Part shown: positions 25,557 to 36,407 of the stretch, in pieces
Layout of the letters: each line of letters opens with the position of its first letter
How positions within the stretch are numbered: the first letter of the stretch is position 1
IMG/VR virus record: IMGVR_UViG_3300045988_156243
Reading direction: 5' to 3' (one strand)
Length of the DNA: 48,634 bases
DNA from: a virus
Lineage: Duplodnaviria > Heunggongvirae > Uroviricota > Caudoviricetes
Notes under the pieces: model-generated
What the model was told of the DNA's origin: nothing
What the model saw: the letters and a program-made list of their open reading frames with translations, nothing else
Databases searched by the model: none
Program-made: the position numbers and the translations under genes

Positions 25557-26078
25557 TTATAAACCTAAATCATCACGAACGCTTTTTAATATATCTTCAC
25601 CATCAAAGATACAAATAAAGTTCAATTTATCAATTTCCAGGACTTCTTTTCCATCAATAAATAATTTGATATAGAGAACTTCAAATTCATTCTCTGAATC
25701 AGTAGCCTTTGCCACCTGTAGCGAACCTAAATCCAGTTTTTTAGGGTTTAGCTTCATTGAAGCCCGAATAGGAACCGTTTTATATTTTCCTGTTCCTGCA
25801 TCATAAACCTGCTGGCTACCGCGAAAATCTACCTGATGAGATGAGGATAGAAATAATTTTGTACCAGCAGAGGTCAGAGTTCGCCATTTAAGAGAGACAG
25901 TCATTGGTTTGAAATGCCCCAGCGTTCCGCTCTCAAGCTCTCCAGCGATACCTGCACCACTAACAGTTTCTGTCATCATCTCAATTGATGGCAGCTTTGC
26001 GTCAGCAACACCGATAATACGGTTTCCCTCACCGTATACTGTAAAGTTAATAAGTCTCTCAGGAATTTGATTGCTCAA
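25557..26078 (-). CDS. Tail tube protein (P2 FII-like), TTG start
   Basis: 173 aa; strong RBS aggagg before the TTG; follows the sheath gene. Confidence 0.8.
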   Translation of the reverse strand: MSNQIPERLINFTVYGEGNRIIGVADAKLPSIEMMTETVSGAGIAGELESGTLGHFKPMTVSLKWRTLTSAGTKLFLSSSHQVDFRGSQQVYDAGTGKYKTVPIRASMKLNPKKLDLGSLQVAKATDSENEFEVLYIKLFIDGKEVLEIDKLNFICIFDGEDILKSVRDDLGL

Positions 26079-26094
26079 AGCAACCTCCTATTAT

Positions 26095-27558
26095 TTATTC
26101 AGAAAACAAGTTCAGCAGATAATCAGGATTATATTCCATGACGAACTCTATATCTCTGGCAGGTGAGAACGGTGTCATTTTTACATGGAATTTAACAATC
26201 CCGTCCATTAATGACGTAATCGTGTTTTCAGACTGATCAAAGGTAACAACACCACCTGCAATATCCTGATTACCTGTGAGGCCGTTAAGCCAAATATTCG
26301 CACTTGTAACAATCGATTCAATTAATCGACGGTTTGCAGGATTGTCTATTTTTGACCAATGCGAAAGAATTAACGTATTACCCACCCAGTTAAACATACG
26401 TCGGCAAACACGAAATGCGTCTTTGGGGTCTGTAGATGTTGGATAAATAGCATTACGGTTTCCCCATGATTTCCAACCATCAAAATTAAGGCTTGTTACA
26501 ATCCCCTGTCCATTTAAGTAGTTTGCCTGGCTAATGTTAAGCCATACTTCACTGCCATTTTTACGTACAGCACCGTCCATCTGTAGTTTTATATTTGACG
26601 GAGAACGTGATGGAATATCACCATACTGACTATCCAGCAAGCATGTTGCGGCCGCTAAATGGGTTGAGTGATGGTAAATATTGTCACCAAGTTTCACCAT
26701 CGGCCAGCACACTGTCTGGTTAGCGGCCATGTGATTATTGTTCTGTTTCCATTCAGGAACAGCCGAGTAATCACTGATAGTAGATTTATCGGTCGGCGCA
26801 TCCGTTATAGCTTCTGCTTTGAACAATTCACTAATCAGCGCGGCTTTAGCCGCCATTAGCTGACCAACTTCACTATCAGAACTAAATCCAGGTGCAATCA
26901 CTTGTCCAGGAACTAACTTGAAGCGGGGATACACATCTGACAGTAACTCAAGCCCTGTATTGGCTTTAGTGTTGGAATCCACACCACCGATAATGTCATT
27001 TTTAGTTACGGCACCGGGATCAAGATGCGTATAACTAACCTTAAGAGTAGCGTCTTTTTCGGTAATTTTTCCTCCGCTAATAGCTGTAATGACCGTATAG
27101 CCATTATCATCCAGCGCCAGCACATAATCGGTATCAACCGTTAACCCAGGTGAATCACCATCTGCTTTTTTCACAACAACAGATTTATATAAGACACCAT
27201 CGTTAGAGAGCGTACCTTTCCCGCCAGAAAGTTTTACTAACTCATCAGTAACGTCTTTCTTATGCTTTGCTGGATCAAGCACATTGATAAATACAACTGG
27301 CGCAACACCATATATTCCAAATGCGACTTTAATTACTTCGCTTAAAGTATATTTCTCGAAGTTTGTGCTATATCCTATTTTAGATACGGCCTCTGCGTAT
27401 GTATAAGCAATGATAGGTTTATTTACCGCTGAGGCTGGATCTTCTAACTGATTAACAGGAGCCGTACCAAATGCGACAATCAACCCAGCACTAACTTGCA
27501 CTGGAGGAGTTATAGATGTAGCCAGTTCAGATATATAAATACCGTGGCGATATCCCAT
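26095..27558 (-). CDS. Contractile tail sheath protein (P2 FI-like)
   Basis: 487 aa; size and position upstream of the tube gene. Confidence 0.9.
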   Translation of the reverse strand: MGYRHGIYISELATSITPPVQVSAGLIVAFGTAPVNQLEDPASAVNKPIIAYTYAEAVSKIGYSTNFEKYTLSEVIKVAFGIYGVAPVVFINVLDPAKHKKDVTDELVKLSGGKGTLSNDGVLYKSVVVKKADGDSPGLTVDTDYVLALDDNGYTVITAISGGKITEKDATLKVSYTHLDPGAVTKNDIIGGVDSNTKANTGLELLSDVYPRFKLVPGQVIAPGFSSDSEVGQLMAAKAALISELFKAEAITDAPTDKSTISDYSAVPEWKQNNNHMAANQTVCWPMVKLGDNIYHHSTHLAAATCLLDSQYGDIPSRSPSNIKLQMDGAVRKNGSEVWLNISQANYLNGQGIVTSLNFDGWKSWGNRNAIYPTSTDPKDAFRVCRRMFNWVGNTLILSHWSKIDNPANRRLIESIVTSANIWLNGLTGNQDIAGGVVTFDQSENTITSLMDGIVKFHVKMTPFSPARDIEFVMEYNPDYLLNLFSE

Positions 27559-27848
27559 TATTTAATCTCCATGATAGAAGAAGAAACTCTAGAGTACATT
27601 ACATACTCGACACTGGTTTTATCAGAAAGTCTTTTCTCTGCATCTGCAAAATCACTGGTTGCCACAAACAAACACTTTGCACCAGGAATATGTGATATTA
27701 ATTTTTTACACTCTGGAGATAAGCCATTCTTAAATAGTTTATGCTTCAAAATTGAGAGTTGAGGGATTGTTGGTCCTATATATACAAATGTTTGAGCAAC
27801 ATCTTCCTTCTTTTCTATATCTTCTTTACTACTTTTCTTATTAGCCAT
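27558..27848 (-). CDS. Hypothetical virion-module protein
   Basis: 96 aa, coupled to the sheath gene. Confidence 0.35.
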   Translation of the reverse strand: MANKKSSKEDIEKKEDVAQTFVYIGPTIPQLSILKHKLFKNGLSPECKKLISHIPGAKCLFVATSDFADAEKRLSDKTSVEYVMYSRVSSSIMEIK

Positions 27849-28334
27849 TTAGATAAACTCCTGAGACTGAATATTCTGAGGCTTTAATACTAGCCACGTT
27901 CCAGTTGCTTCCGTTATCCAATATGGATACGGTTGATCATCAAACATTCGCCATCTGATATCGCCCTGAAAGAGAAATTTCTCTTCAAGTAAAGGCTTCT
28001 CCTGAAAATGAAACATCATCCTTTCAAGAAGAGCCATTACCCATTCATATCCAGTATGGTCCTCACAAAAACCACCTAGAAGAAACTTAACCTTAACTTC
28101 ATCCGTTTCAGGCTGCATTCCTCCTTCCGTGGGCCTGATAATCACATGAGGAAATTCTGGCGGTTTATCTGGAGATGGTTGTGATTTAGGAGGCAAGTAC
28201 CCTTTAAATATTGTTGGAACAAACAATTTAATATCGCTGTCTGTTTCATCATAAGGAGGCCCCTGCACTAATAAATCATGGAAAACCTCATGTTCCAACC
28301 GATTTTTTATTGCATCTATCAAAAGATTAATCAA
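27849..28334 (-). CDS. Putative tail completion / head-tail joining protein
   Basis: 161 aa; position between head and tail modules. Confidence 0.35.
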   Translation of the reverse strand: MINLLIDAIKNRLEHEVFHDLLVQGPPYDETDSDIKLFVPTIFKGYLPPKSQPSPDKPPEFPHVIIRPTEGGMQPETDEVKVKFLLGGFCEDHTGYEWVMALLERMMFHFQEKPLLEEKFLFQGDIRWRMFDDQPYPYWITEATGTWLVLKPQNIQSQEFI

Positions 28335-28675
28335 ATCGGCATTCCTCTGTTAGTATTAACAGTGAGAGTTATTTCCAATACACCAACATTATCTGATACT
28401 TCATCAACAATATAATTTTTACCGTTGATTTTCATTGACTGGTCTTTGACAGGGAGAACAGGAAAATCTTTTCTTGAAACAAATAATATTATTTGCCCCT
28501 GATTTATTCCCTCTGCAAACTCAGCATATGAGCGTTTATTCCGCTCATGAATAAGGTCTGTATCAATAACGGCAAGGATATCCTTGCCGTCTATGTTATA
28601 TGTATCGGCAAACTCTTTTTCATTGAGGAATATTGCAGAAATATCTTGCGCTATAACCTCTTTGAAGGAGTTCAT
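28331..28675 (-). CDS. Putative head-tail connector protein
   Basis: 114 aa; position only. Confidence 0.3.
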   Translation of the reverse strand: MNSFKEVIAQDISAIFLNEKEFADTYNIDGKDILAVIDTDLIHERNKRSYAEFAEGINQGQIILFVSRKDFPVLPVKDQSMKINGKNYIVDEVSDNVGVLEITLTVNTNRGMPI

Positions 28676-29067
28676 TACTTCTTATTACCTTTTTTTTGCG
28701 TTGATTTTTTCGCATTACTGGTATCAGAAGTAGCTACAGATTCAGATGAATCATCAGCAACCGTTTCCTCATTGTCGCCATCATCCTCAAACTCAACCTC
28801 GAATACACAGCTACCCGCCTCCGTTCGCGTAATCAACCCCGCGTCCACAGCATCATTAACAGCAGATGCGTATCCATGCTCAAAAGCTAACTTAGCAGCA
28901 TCATAGCCCCCGGCCGATGCCAAATCACCATCCTCTTCGGTGGCAATAGCATGTCCTGACGCAATCAGTTCGGCAATTCTGGAGTTATCCATTAGCCCAT
29001 TAAGCAAACGGCCCGCTTTTAGCGAGCCGTGGCTTATCGTATCAATGTTTTTAATCAGTCTGGCCAT
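28675..29067 (-). CDS. Hypothetical head-module protein with acidic C-terminal tail
   Basis: 130 aa; directly downstream of the major capsid gene. Confidence 0.35.
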   Translation of the reverse strand: MARLIKNIDTISHGSLKAGRLLNGLMDNSRIAELIASGHAIATEEDGDLASAGGYDAAKLAFEHGYASAVNDAVDAGLITRTEAGSCVFEVEFEDDGDNEETVADDSSESVATSDTSNAKKSTQKKGNKK

Positions 29068-30111
29068 TTAAACCACCTTAGCCACCAGATAGGCATCAGC
29101 CACACCAGGATTAGGCAGTGGAGATGACTTCATGGCAACATAACGGCCAGCCGGCTTACGAGTTACCCAGGTGTCTGGAACTCGTGGTGACTCAACAATC
29201 GTTAGAGTCTTTTCGGCGTCATCTACAAGCTCTACAGCACCATACAGCATCGTTCCTCGACCAGGAGAGCCAAAGAGGATCTTATCTTCCGGTACTAATG
29301 GTTCTGGTTTTCCTGTTTTATCATTGCGAATAAGTTCGTCGTAACCATAAAAATCGACACCTTCAAGATTGCCATAATGAGTTACGCCTTCTTCTAACTC
29401 CTTAGGCTCAATATACCCAAGCTCTTTTCGGCGATTATCAAGATATTTAGTTACTGCTTCATTTTTAACGAAAGCATCAACAACTTTTGCGCCCATTACG
29501 GCAACACGAGGTGTAAAACCTGAAGTTAGTGATACCCGACGTTTCCAGTTGCGAACATTGACCAACGGATCTGATTTTGCAGCACTCCATAAATCATCAC
29601 CTGTCAGTTCAAGATATGGTTTATCTCCTTCCTCTTCAGGCCAAAAATAAACTGTGTCATCCACACCTTCACCAACAATATCAACCTGCCCCGTAAACAA
29701 GACTTGTGCACACATCCATTCTTCACGGCGGTTAACCATTTCATCAAGCTCAAGCAAATCTTTACCTAATTGCTCGGCGGCTCGTTCTGCTGGCGATTTT
29801 GCGTTGTAAATATTCTCACCCGGAAGCCTGTTTAAAAGCAGCTCTGCTGTTGTTACCAAATCAGGTGCAACAAGTGGTGGCTCCAGAGTTCTCGTTACAA
29901 AGCCGCGTCGCTCAACGGTTTTTGAGCCAAAACCTTTACCAACAAACGGAGCCATAGTACGGCCACCGCGAACAAAATCCAGATCAACTTTCTTTGTATT
30001 AAAGGTCTGAACACCAGGAAAAAAGGTACGAAGAAGAAAACGACGAGCCTTGAAATTCTGAATAACAGGCTCAAGCATTGTACGTCGTTCAAAAATATCA
30101 ATATTCGGCAT
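29068..30111 (-). CDS. Major capsid protein (lambda gpE family)
   Basis: 347 aa; N-terminus MPNIDIFERRTMLEPVIQNF...; follows the decoration and protease genes in lambda order. Confidence 0.9.
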   Translation of the reverse strand: MPNIDIFERRTMLEPVIQNFKARRFLLRTFFPGVQTFNTKKVDLDFVRGGRTMAPFVGKGFGSKTVERRGFVTRTLEPPLVAPDLVTTAELLLNRLPGENIYNAKSPAERAAEQLGKDLLELDEMVNRREEWMCAQVLFTGQVDIVGEGVDDTVYFWPEEEGDKPYLELTGDDLWSAAKSDPLVNVRNWKRRVSLTSGFTPRVAVMGAKVVDAFVKNEAVTKYLDNRRKELGYIEPKELEEGVTHYGNLEGVDFYGYDELIRNDKTGKPEPLVPEDKILFGSPGRGTMLYGAVELVDDAEKTLTIVESPRVPDTWVTRKPAGRYVAMKSSPLPNPGVADAYLVAKVV

Positions 30112-30131
30112 AAAAATACGACCTCTTTATA

Positions 30132-30515
30132 TTATGCAGATGGATTTTGTTGTGCGGTGTTAAGGAATATCCCAACCTTCCGGCAAGCCAGATATACATC
30201 GGCAATCTTTGCTGATTCAGGAAGGATAACCGCATGTGCATTGAACATTCCGGTCAGCCATGCTGTTCCAACTTGCGCTGAATCAGTCGCATCAATACTG
30301 TGTTGAGCGATACAATACGGTTCTTTTGCCACCCCCTCACCAGAGAGATTTATTGGTGCTACAGTGACAACATTTGTTGTCTGATCAATACTGACAAAAG
30401 CAAGCAACTCACCTCGATTTACTTTACCGCTGGCAAGTTTAATACTTGTTGTAATTGCTGGCATACCACCAGAAATAATCAGATTATCTGGTTCAAATGA
30501 AAAAGACTCTCGCAT
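30132..30515 (-). CDS. Head decoration protein (lambda gpD-like)
   Basis: 127 aa; between protease and major capsid genes. Confidence 0.7.
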   Translation of the reverse strand: MRESFSFEPDNLIISGGMPAITTSIKLASGKVNRGELLAFVSIDQTTNVVTVAPINLSGEGVAKEPYCIAQHSIDATDSAQVGTAWLTGMFNAHAVILPESAKIADVYLACRKVGIFLNTAQQNPSA

Positions 30516-30524
30516 AAACTCACC

Positions 30525-31613
30525 TTAATTTTTATCGCGGTTTTTAAATACTGACCCAATAACATTTTTTACTACTTCAGCTTGTTTATCGCCGTTGTTT
30601 TCTGGTTGATTAACATCAACTGAATCATTCACCTCATTTGCGTCTTCTTGCCGTTGATTAAGAAAGTTTTTGTTACGCGCTCGCTCTGCATTCATAATTT
30701 CCAAAGCAAGTTCAGCCGCAGAAACTCCCGTTTTGAATTTTGCATTCTTAACCAGGTCGTCATGACCTGGAATCACGCTATTCTCGATTGTTTCAATGCG
30801 CTCGCGTTCTGATTTAACGCCCTCGTCTTTACCAGCATTAAAAACCTGATTGTATAATTCTGGATGTTTATTTTTTAATTCATCAAGAGTCACAACATCG
30901 TCCTCATTTTGTTCATTTAATTCAGTAGATAATTCATTTTTATTTTGTGGCAACTTTGCGAGAGAATCAGGTAATTTTGAAAACCTTGATGCTTCAAAAG
31001 TTATTCCATTGAGCGAAAGCATCCCTTCCTTTATAGAAGCGGATAAGCGCATTGGTTTTTCAACTTCGTCAGCAAATCCAAGCTCTACAGCCTCTTCTGC
31101 ATTTAGCCATGTTTCCTGATCCATTAGTTCAATTAATTTATCCTCAGAAAGCCCTGTTTTCTCCTTATATGCAGATAAAATACTATCTCGTATCTTATCC
31201 ATCATCTCAGCAATATCACGTAGTTCATCCGCATCACCAGCAGCAAATGTCCACGGATTATGGATCATCATCATAGCATTAGATGGGATAACAACTTTAT
31301 CACCTGCCATTGCAATAATGGTTGCAGCCGATGCAGCAATACCATCAATATAAACAGTAATATTAGCCTTATGACGTTTTAATGAAGAAAGAATAGCTTG
31401 AGCAGTAAAAACAGAACCACCATAACTATTAATTTTTACGTTGATAGCATTTGATGATATATCCTTTAATTTATTAACTATGTCAGAAGAAGAAACCTCA
31501 TCAAATTCGCCAATATATCCGTAGATTAAAAGTTCAGCCGGAGAGTCATCTTCACCCGTGCTATTTTTTATTTCCCACCAATTAGGCATCATCTGTCTCC
31601 ATATTTTGTTCAT
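30525..31613 (-). CDS. Prohead protease/scaffold (S49/ClpP-like, lambda gpC-like)
   Basis: 362 aa; INSYGGSVFTAQAILSSL...GIAASAATIIAMAGDKVV typical of ClpP/S49 serine proteases. Confidence 0.8.
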   Translation of the reverse strand: MNKIWRQMMPNWWEIKNSTGEDDSPAELLIYGYIGEFDEVSSSDIVNKLKDISSNAINVKINSYGGSVFTAQAILSSLKRHKANITVYIDGIAASAATIIAMAGDKVVIPSNAMMMIHNPWTFAAGDADELRDIAEMMDKIRDSILSAYKEKTGLSEDKLIELMDQETWLNAEEAVELGFADEVEKPMRLSASIKEGMLSLNGITFEASRFSKLPDSLAKLPQNKNELSTELNEQNEDDVVTLDELKNKHPELYNQVFNAGKDEGVKSERERIETIENSVIPGHDDLVKNAKFKTGVSAAELALEIMNAERARNKNFLNQRQEDANEVNDSVDVNQPENNGDKQAEVVKNVIGSVFKNRDKN

Positions 31614-33156
31614 TTACCTCAGAAACAGGAGGCGTAATCAGCCCCAACTCACGGCGAGCATTCTCTTCTCTGCCACAAATTTGTGCGGTTTCTTCCCAGT
31701 TAAGACCTGACATTTCAGCCGCTTCCTTTTCACGGGTAGAGAATGTTTCCTCAACACGCAGTTTTGCAGCTTTGACTTCTTTAAGGGGATCTAATTGGCC
31801 TTGTGATGGGCCATACCATTGAGCGCCACTCCATGCAGCGCGATATTCAGGCCCATAAAAAAAACCAGGGGCAATAACACGACCTTTAGCAACGGCTTCG
31901 GCCAACCATTCCTCATAGATCGGTTGGCAAAATGACTGAACCATCCAGTCACGTCGCATACGGAACATTTTCCAGGCTTCAAGTAATGCGGCCCTGCTTG
32001 CGCTATAACTTGCTGTAAAATGCTTTACCAAGAGTTCGTAAGGGAGTTCTAAAGCAGCCCCAATTTGACGGCATATGGCGACAACAAAACCATCAAATGC
32101 CGTATTTGGTCGCCCGGGATTTGCTGTATCTATCGACTCACCTTCACCCAAACTTACTATGGAGCCATTCCCCATTTCTTGGGTGTTATCATCATGGTTA
32201 TCGATCTGCTCGTACTGAGGGATACCCGATTCACCGACTGGTCCATCAGGAGCGTCTGTTTTAATAAAGACAGTAAACATCCCTGACACAACCGCAGCAA
32301 CCAATTCAGCATCGGTGTATCGTCCTAACTGCTTCAATGCTTCAATAACAGGAGCAAGGACAGGAACGCCACGGCGTTGCCCAGGCCTTTCAAAATCCTG
32401 CATGACATGCAGAATATTTCTTCTTCCTGTTTTACTCCCATATGCGGGAATACGTTCCCACTTGCGGGTTACAAAACCAGAAGTCCCGGCTGGGTGATGT
32501 TTTGCAACCCAGTACGCCACAGGCTCGCTAAATTCACCAACCTCTACGCCACCGTAAAGATTTGGTATAAAACGATCCTCTGGATTGCAAACACGATCAC
32601 CTTCAATTAAATAGACGCACAAATCATATATAACACCCTTACGCTTAATAACTGGTAGCGCAGCAAATATATCGCCAGATGTTAACGCAGATATTTGGAC
32701 CAATGATTGCAATTGTCCAAAAGTACACATTCTTGATGCATCACAATTTGGAGAATCAGCCCATAATCTAAACTCACGCTCAACATGCTTTTCCCATGCT
32801 CGCGCTTCTTCCTGCGTCATCCCCAAGAAATCGGCATCAATGTTCGCATTTAGTTTTAAACCGGAACCAACAACGTTTGTCCTGATAGTTTTTATTGCGC
32901 CAACCGATAGCGGGTTTCCCATGAAGAGATCACGAGAACGCTCACGCAATTTATCTATATTTTTAACAATATCATCATCAGGAGAACCAGCTTTACTAAA
33001 CCAACCCCTTAATGATTTTTTATGAGTGCTTGCACCATGACGTGAATATCCAAGGTTATTAATACCTTCAAGTGCTTCTAACCGTTTTCTTGCCAAAGCT
33101 CGATTTAATGCCCTCTGAGGTGAAAACGGCGCAATAACTCGATCAAGAATATTCAT
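31582..33156 (-). CDS. Portal protein (lambda gpB family)
   Basis: 524 aa; follows the gpW-like and terminase genes. Confidence 0.9.
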   Translation of the reverse strand: MNILDRVIAPFSPQRALNRALARKRLEALEGINNLGYSRHGASTHKKSLRGWFSKAGSPDDDIVKNIDKLRERSRDLFMGNPLSVGAIKTIRTNVVGSGLKLNANIDADFLGMTQEEARAWEKHVEREFRLWADSPNCDASRMCTFGQLQSLVQISALTSGDIFAALPVIKRKGVIYDLCVYLIEGDRVCNPEDRFIPNLYGGVEVGEFSEPVAYWVAKHHPAGTSGFVTRKWERIPAYGSKTGRRNILHVMQDFERPGQRRGVPVLAPVIEALKQLGRYTDAELVAAVVSGMFTVFIKTDAPDGPVGESGIPQYEQIDNHDDNTQEMGNGSIVSLGEGESIDTANPGRPNTAFDGFVVAICRQIGAALELPYELLVKHFTASYSASRAALLEAWKMFRMRRDWMVQSFCQPIYEEWLAEAVAKGRVIAPGFFYGPEYRAAWSGAQWYGPSQGQLDPLKEVKAAKLRVEETFSTREKEAAEMSGLNWEETAQICGREENARRELGLITPPVSEVNEQNMETDDA

Positions 33157-33392
33157 AAATCTCTTATCACCACTCGTTTAATTCGTGGGCCTCGGCGTAT
33201 ACCTGCTGATAATCTTTCTACTTCATTACGCCAGTAATCCATCTCTTTTCTGACTTCTGATAAATCCGCACGAGTTAACTGCCGCGTACCAAATTTATAT
33301 GACTGACCGCCAATAGCAATAGCGCGATATGCTTCCCGCCAGACAGATAACATCTCTCTGGCTTCAGTCAGAGAAAATGCTTCATTGTTCAT
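33153..33392 (-). CDS. Head-tail joining protein gpW-like
   Basis: 79 aa; C-terminal RRGPRIK like lambda gpW; between terminase and portal. Confidence 0.6.
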   Translation of the reverse strand: MNNEAFSLTEAREMLSVWREAYRAIAIGGQSYKFGTRQLTRADLSEVRKEMDYWRNEVERLSAGIRRGPRIKRVVIRDL

Positions 33393-33403
33393 TTATATTT
33401 CCT

Positions 33404-35260
33404 CTATATGGTTACGCCTTTACTTATAACTCTACGGCGTCTTCTACGTATACCTGACGAGTTCTGCACATACACATTACCTCGCATTTCCTGTTCGGCA
33501 AGCCAGTTAAAATTAGGGTTCAGAATTTCCATCGCGGCAGTTGCATAGTTACGGCAATCAAGAGGCTCGTTACGCTCGTAGACTTTCACCCACTTTTCTT
33601 TTGTCTGCCCATTTTTATATTCAAATATTTTCTTCTCTGATAATAATCCTTTAAAGTATTCGGTATCATATCCTCTGTCAGAATCTAATGGGAAATGCAT
33701 ATAACCAGGACCAGGATCATGTAGTTTAATTCTTGCCATGATGGTCCCTTTACCATCATCAACCCCCAAATTAAACAACATAGCACCCACACGGTTATTA
33801 TTACTTGGCTTTCCTATAAATGGTAAACCTACCCCACCACGCCCCCTGATAGAGTATATTCGCCTTGATTCTCTCGGCTTAGTAAAGCGATATACCTCTG
33901 TCGTAAAATGCCCACCAGAGTCAATACAAACGGAAGAAATCTGTAATTTTCGACCGTCACGGAATGACCAGCTACGGAGTAAGTATTCATCAAGTTGTTT
34001 CCAGACAACATCTTGTGCGGGATCACCTGGGAATATTTTATATTCTATCCCCCATGACTCCTTACCTTTTCCCCAACCGACCAATTCACAAACTAAATAC
34101 GTGTCCTGTACGTCAACACCAGCACTTAACAATAAAACATCATCTGGTAAAAACTCTTCAAACCTTATTCTGCGTTGCAACAAGTATTCAGGATCGATAT
34201 CGTCTTTAGCATCCTCTTTCCATGGCTCACCCAGCTTAAGGTTAATAAACTCCATTAATCCATTTTTATCGCGGTTTCTGGTTGCTTCCGTAAATTCTTC
34301 AACCAGCTCTGACAATGCAACCCACGGGGAGTAAAGACTGTTAATATGAAAACCAACAATACCTTTAACTCCAGTATGTTCAGCTATCCATACCCCCTTC
34401 GCCAACCAATCAACGTCTGGTTTACCAGATCCGCGCATAATCCCGCCGCACTCACAGCACTCATATCTGGCCGTTTCCGGTAACGCCTCACCTGAATCGC
34501 TCTTATCCCATCTGACTTGCGACCATTTCATCACCTGCATGGTGCCACAACATGGGCAAGGAACATGGTAGTAACGCTGATCGGAGAGCTTAAACCACTT
34601 GTGGATTTTGCTCGTTTCCTCCAAAACAGGAGTAGAAACAAAAACTTTCTTACGATTATGAAAGTTGGTAGTACGCTGAATACCTAGTTTTAGTGGGTCG
34701 CCCTCCTGCGTCACACCGTAACGATCAATCTCATCAGCTAACAGTATTCGAATTGGCCTGGATGCAAGACCTGCTGGGGAATTAGCACCAACAAGTGCTA
34801 TATATCCACCAGCGTAATGCTTCATACGTATAGTCGTGCTGGACTTTTTGGCTGCACCGCGCCCCTCTTTCCCTTCATGCAGCTTGTGTTTCAAACCAGG
34901 GGAATATTTGAACGTCGGATCAATACGCTCTTTTGAAAAAGCCTCAGCCGCCTCTACCGTTGGATAAATCATCAACTGAGGAGATGGCTCCTGATCTGCA
35001 AAGTAACCCATAACATTTAGCTGTAATTCGGATTTACCAATTTGCGAGCTACATTGCATCACTACTGTTTCTGTATCAGCGTCACCAATAACATCCATTG
35101 GTTCACGCAAATATGGCACTCGGCTTGTACGCCACGGCCCTGGCTCTGGAGACGTTCCCGGCGCTACATGACGATACTTATCAGCCCATTCGGAAACAGT
35201 TAGCCGTGATTTAGGGCGAAGCGCACGGAAAAAAGCGGTGCTCCATACTGTTTCGCCCAT
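33404..35260 (-). CDS. Terminase large subunit (lambda gpA family)
   Basis: 618 aa; ATPase P-loop-like SQIGKSE; C-terminal CPCCGTMQVMKW zinc-ribbon-like segment as in gpA. Confidence 0.9.
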   Translation of the reverse strand: MGETVWSTAFFRALRPKSRLTVSEWADKYRHVAPGTSPEPGPWRTSRVPYLREPMDVIGDADTETVVMQCSSQIGKSELQLNVMGYFADQEPSPQLMIYPTVEAAEAFSKERIDPTFKYSPGLKHKLHEGKEGRGAAKKSSTTIRMKHYAGGYIALVGANSPAGLASRPIRILLADEIDRYGVTQEGDPLKLGIQRTTNFHNRKKVFVSTPVLEETSKIHKWFKLSDQRYYHVPCPCCGTMQVMKWSQVRWDKSDSGEALPETARYECCECGGIMRGSGKPDVDWLAKGVWIAEHTGVKGIVGFHINSLYSPWVALSELVEEFTEATRNRDKNGLMEFINLKLGEPWKEDAKDDIDPEYLLQRRIRFEEFLPDDVLLLSAGVDVQDTYLVCELVGWGKGKESWGIEYKIFPGDPAQDVVWKQLDEYLLRSWSFRDGRKLQISSVCIDSGGHFTTEVYRFTKPRESRRIYSIRGRGGVGLPFIGKPSNNNRVGAMLFNLGVDDGKGTIMARIKLHDPGPGYMHFPLDSDRGYDTEYFKGLLSEKKIFEYKNGQTKEKWVKVYERNEPLDCRNYATAAMEILNPNFNWLAEQEMRGNVYVQNSSGIRRRRRRVISKGVTI

Positions 35261-35265
35261 GAGGT

Positions 35266-35817
35266 TTATTCTTCCTGCTTAATAAATCGGGATTCCTGGA
35301 GCGCCTGAAGCGCAAAATTAATCTCGTCTTCAATAATGCGTTCGATCTCCCTGGCTGTTTTGCCTTCACAACGGGGAGCTGCTCTTGGAGCAATACTAAA
35401 TAAGCGGCTACGCAATTCATTAGCTGCCAGAAATGCATCATCCCTGACCGCATCTTTAGCGATGAGAGAGCCTTCCTTTTCTTCAAATTCAAGGCGTTTC
35501 AGCTTTGCCTGATAAATTTTTTCTGCGGTCTTAGCCTTGTTGAATTGCACCGCAACACCGGAAGTACCACCAGCTAATCCGGCATCATCAGCGGGTAACT
35601 CTGGTTGTTCCGAAGATATCCCATGCCCTCTTTTTCCATTTTCAGCAGATACCTCACGACCAACCTGTCGGCTCGCTTCATAAGCCGCACTGGCTTTATC
35701 AAAATCCAGCTTGCCGCTTTTCAGCACTGGAATGCGACCGGAACGACAGAGCTTCGTAACCATTGCCGGAGAAATACCTTTCCGGCGGGCAAACTCTGAC
35801 TTACTGACGATGGCCAT
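35266..35817 (-). CDS. Terminase small subunit (Nu1-like HTH)
   Basis: About 183 aa from ATG at 35817 (ORF-track start is TTG); N-terminal HTH SKSEFARRKGISPAMVTKL; directly upstream of the large subunit. Confidence 0.65.
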   Translation of the reverse strand: MAIVSKSEFARRKGISPAMVTKLCRSGRIPVLKSGKLDFDKASAAYEASRQVGREVSAENGKRGHGISSEQPELPADDAGLAGGTSGVAVQFNKAKTAEKIYQAKLKRLEFEEKEGSLIAKDAVRDDAFLAANELRSRLFSIAPRAAPRCEGKTAREIERIIEDEINFALQALQESRFIKQEE

Positions 35818-36407
35818 TACTTGCAACCATTAGCAAGATACTGAACAAATCCCTCATGCGTTTCATGCGCGTCGTGGTACTGACGATAAACATCCAGCAA
35901 CAATGCAATTTCCATATCCGTCGCGGGAATACGTTCTTTATCAATAGCCAGGTACTTAATTTGAACAACAGGGGAAGAATTATCGTCTTCTTCCTGCGGC
36001 TGTTCATCGCTTAACATTTCGTCAAGCTCTGCATCATTAAACCCAAGCAGATCAATATCAAAATCATCATCCATTAACTCTTTGACTTCTTCGGCCAGAA
36101 GCTGCATATCCCAGCCAGCATTTAAGGCCAGCTTGTTATCTGCAATCCTGTACGCCTTCTTCTGTTTTTCAGAAAGGTTACTCAACCGAATCGCCGGAAC
36201 TTTATCCATTTCCAGAATTTCGGCTGCTGCAAGCCGCCCATGCCCCGCAATCAGTTCATTCTTTTCATCGATCAGCACAGGATTAGTGAAACCGAACTCA
36301 CGGATACTGTTCACCAACTGTTCAACTTGCTCATCTGAATGAGTCCGTGAATTTTTGGCATATCTGAGCAGCTTACCGACTGGTAAATATTCGATTTTTA
36401 GAGCCAT
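35817..36407 (-). CDS. ParB N-terminal-domain (ParB-like nuclease) protein, paralogue 1
   Basis: 196 aa; FTNPVLIDEKNELIAGHGRLAAA core; stop overlaps the TerS start. Confidence 0.8.
   Translation of the reverse strand: MALKIEYLPVGKLLRYAKNSRTHSDEQVEQLVNSIREFGFTNPVLIDEKNELIAGHGRLAAAEILEMDKVPAIRLSNLSEKQKKAYRIADNKLALNAGWDMQLLAEEVKELMDDDFDIDLLGFNDAELDEMLSDEQPQEEDDNSSPVVQIKYLAIDKERIPATDMEIALLLDVYRQYHDAHETHEGFVQYLANGCK

Noticed and set aside
33738-34334. 198-aa plus-strand ORF inside the terminase large-subunit gene
   Set aside because: Antisense to a confidently assigned gpA-like terminase; Ser/Pro-rich low-complexity translation.
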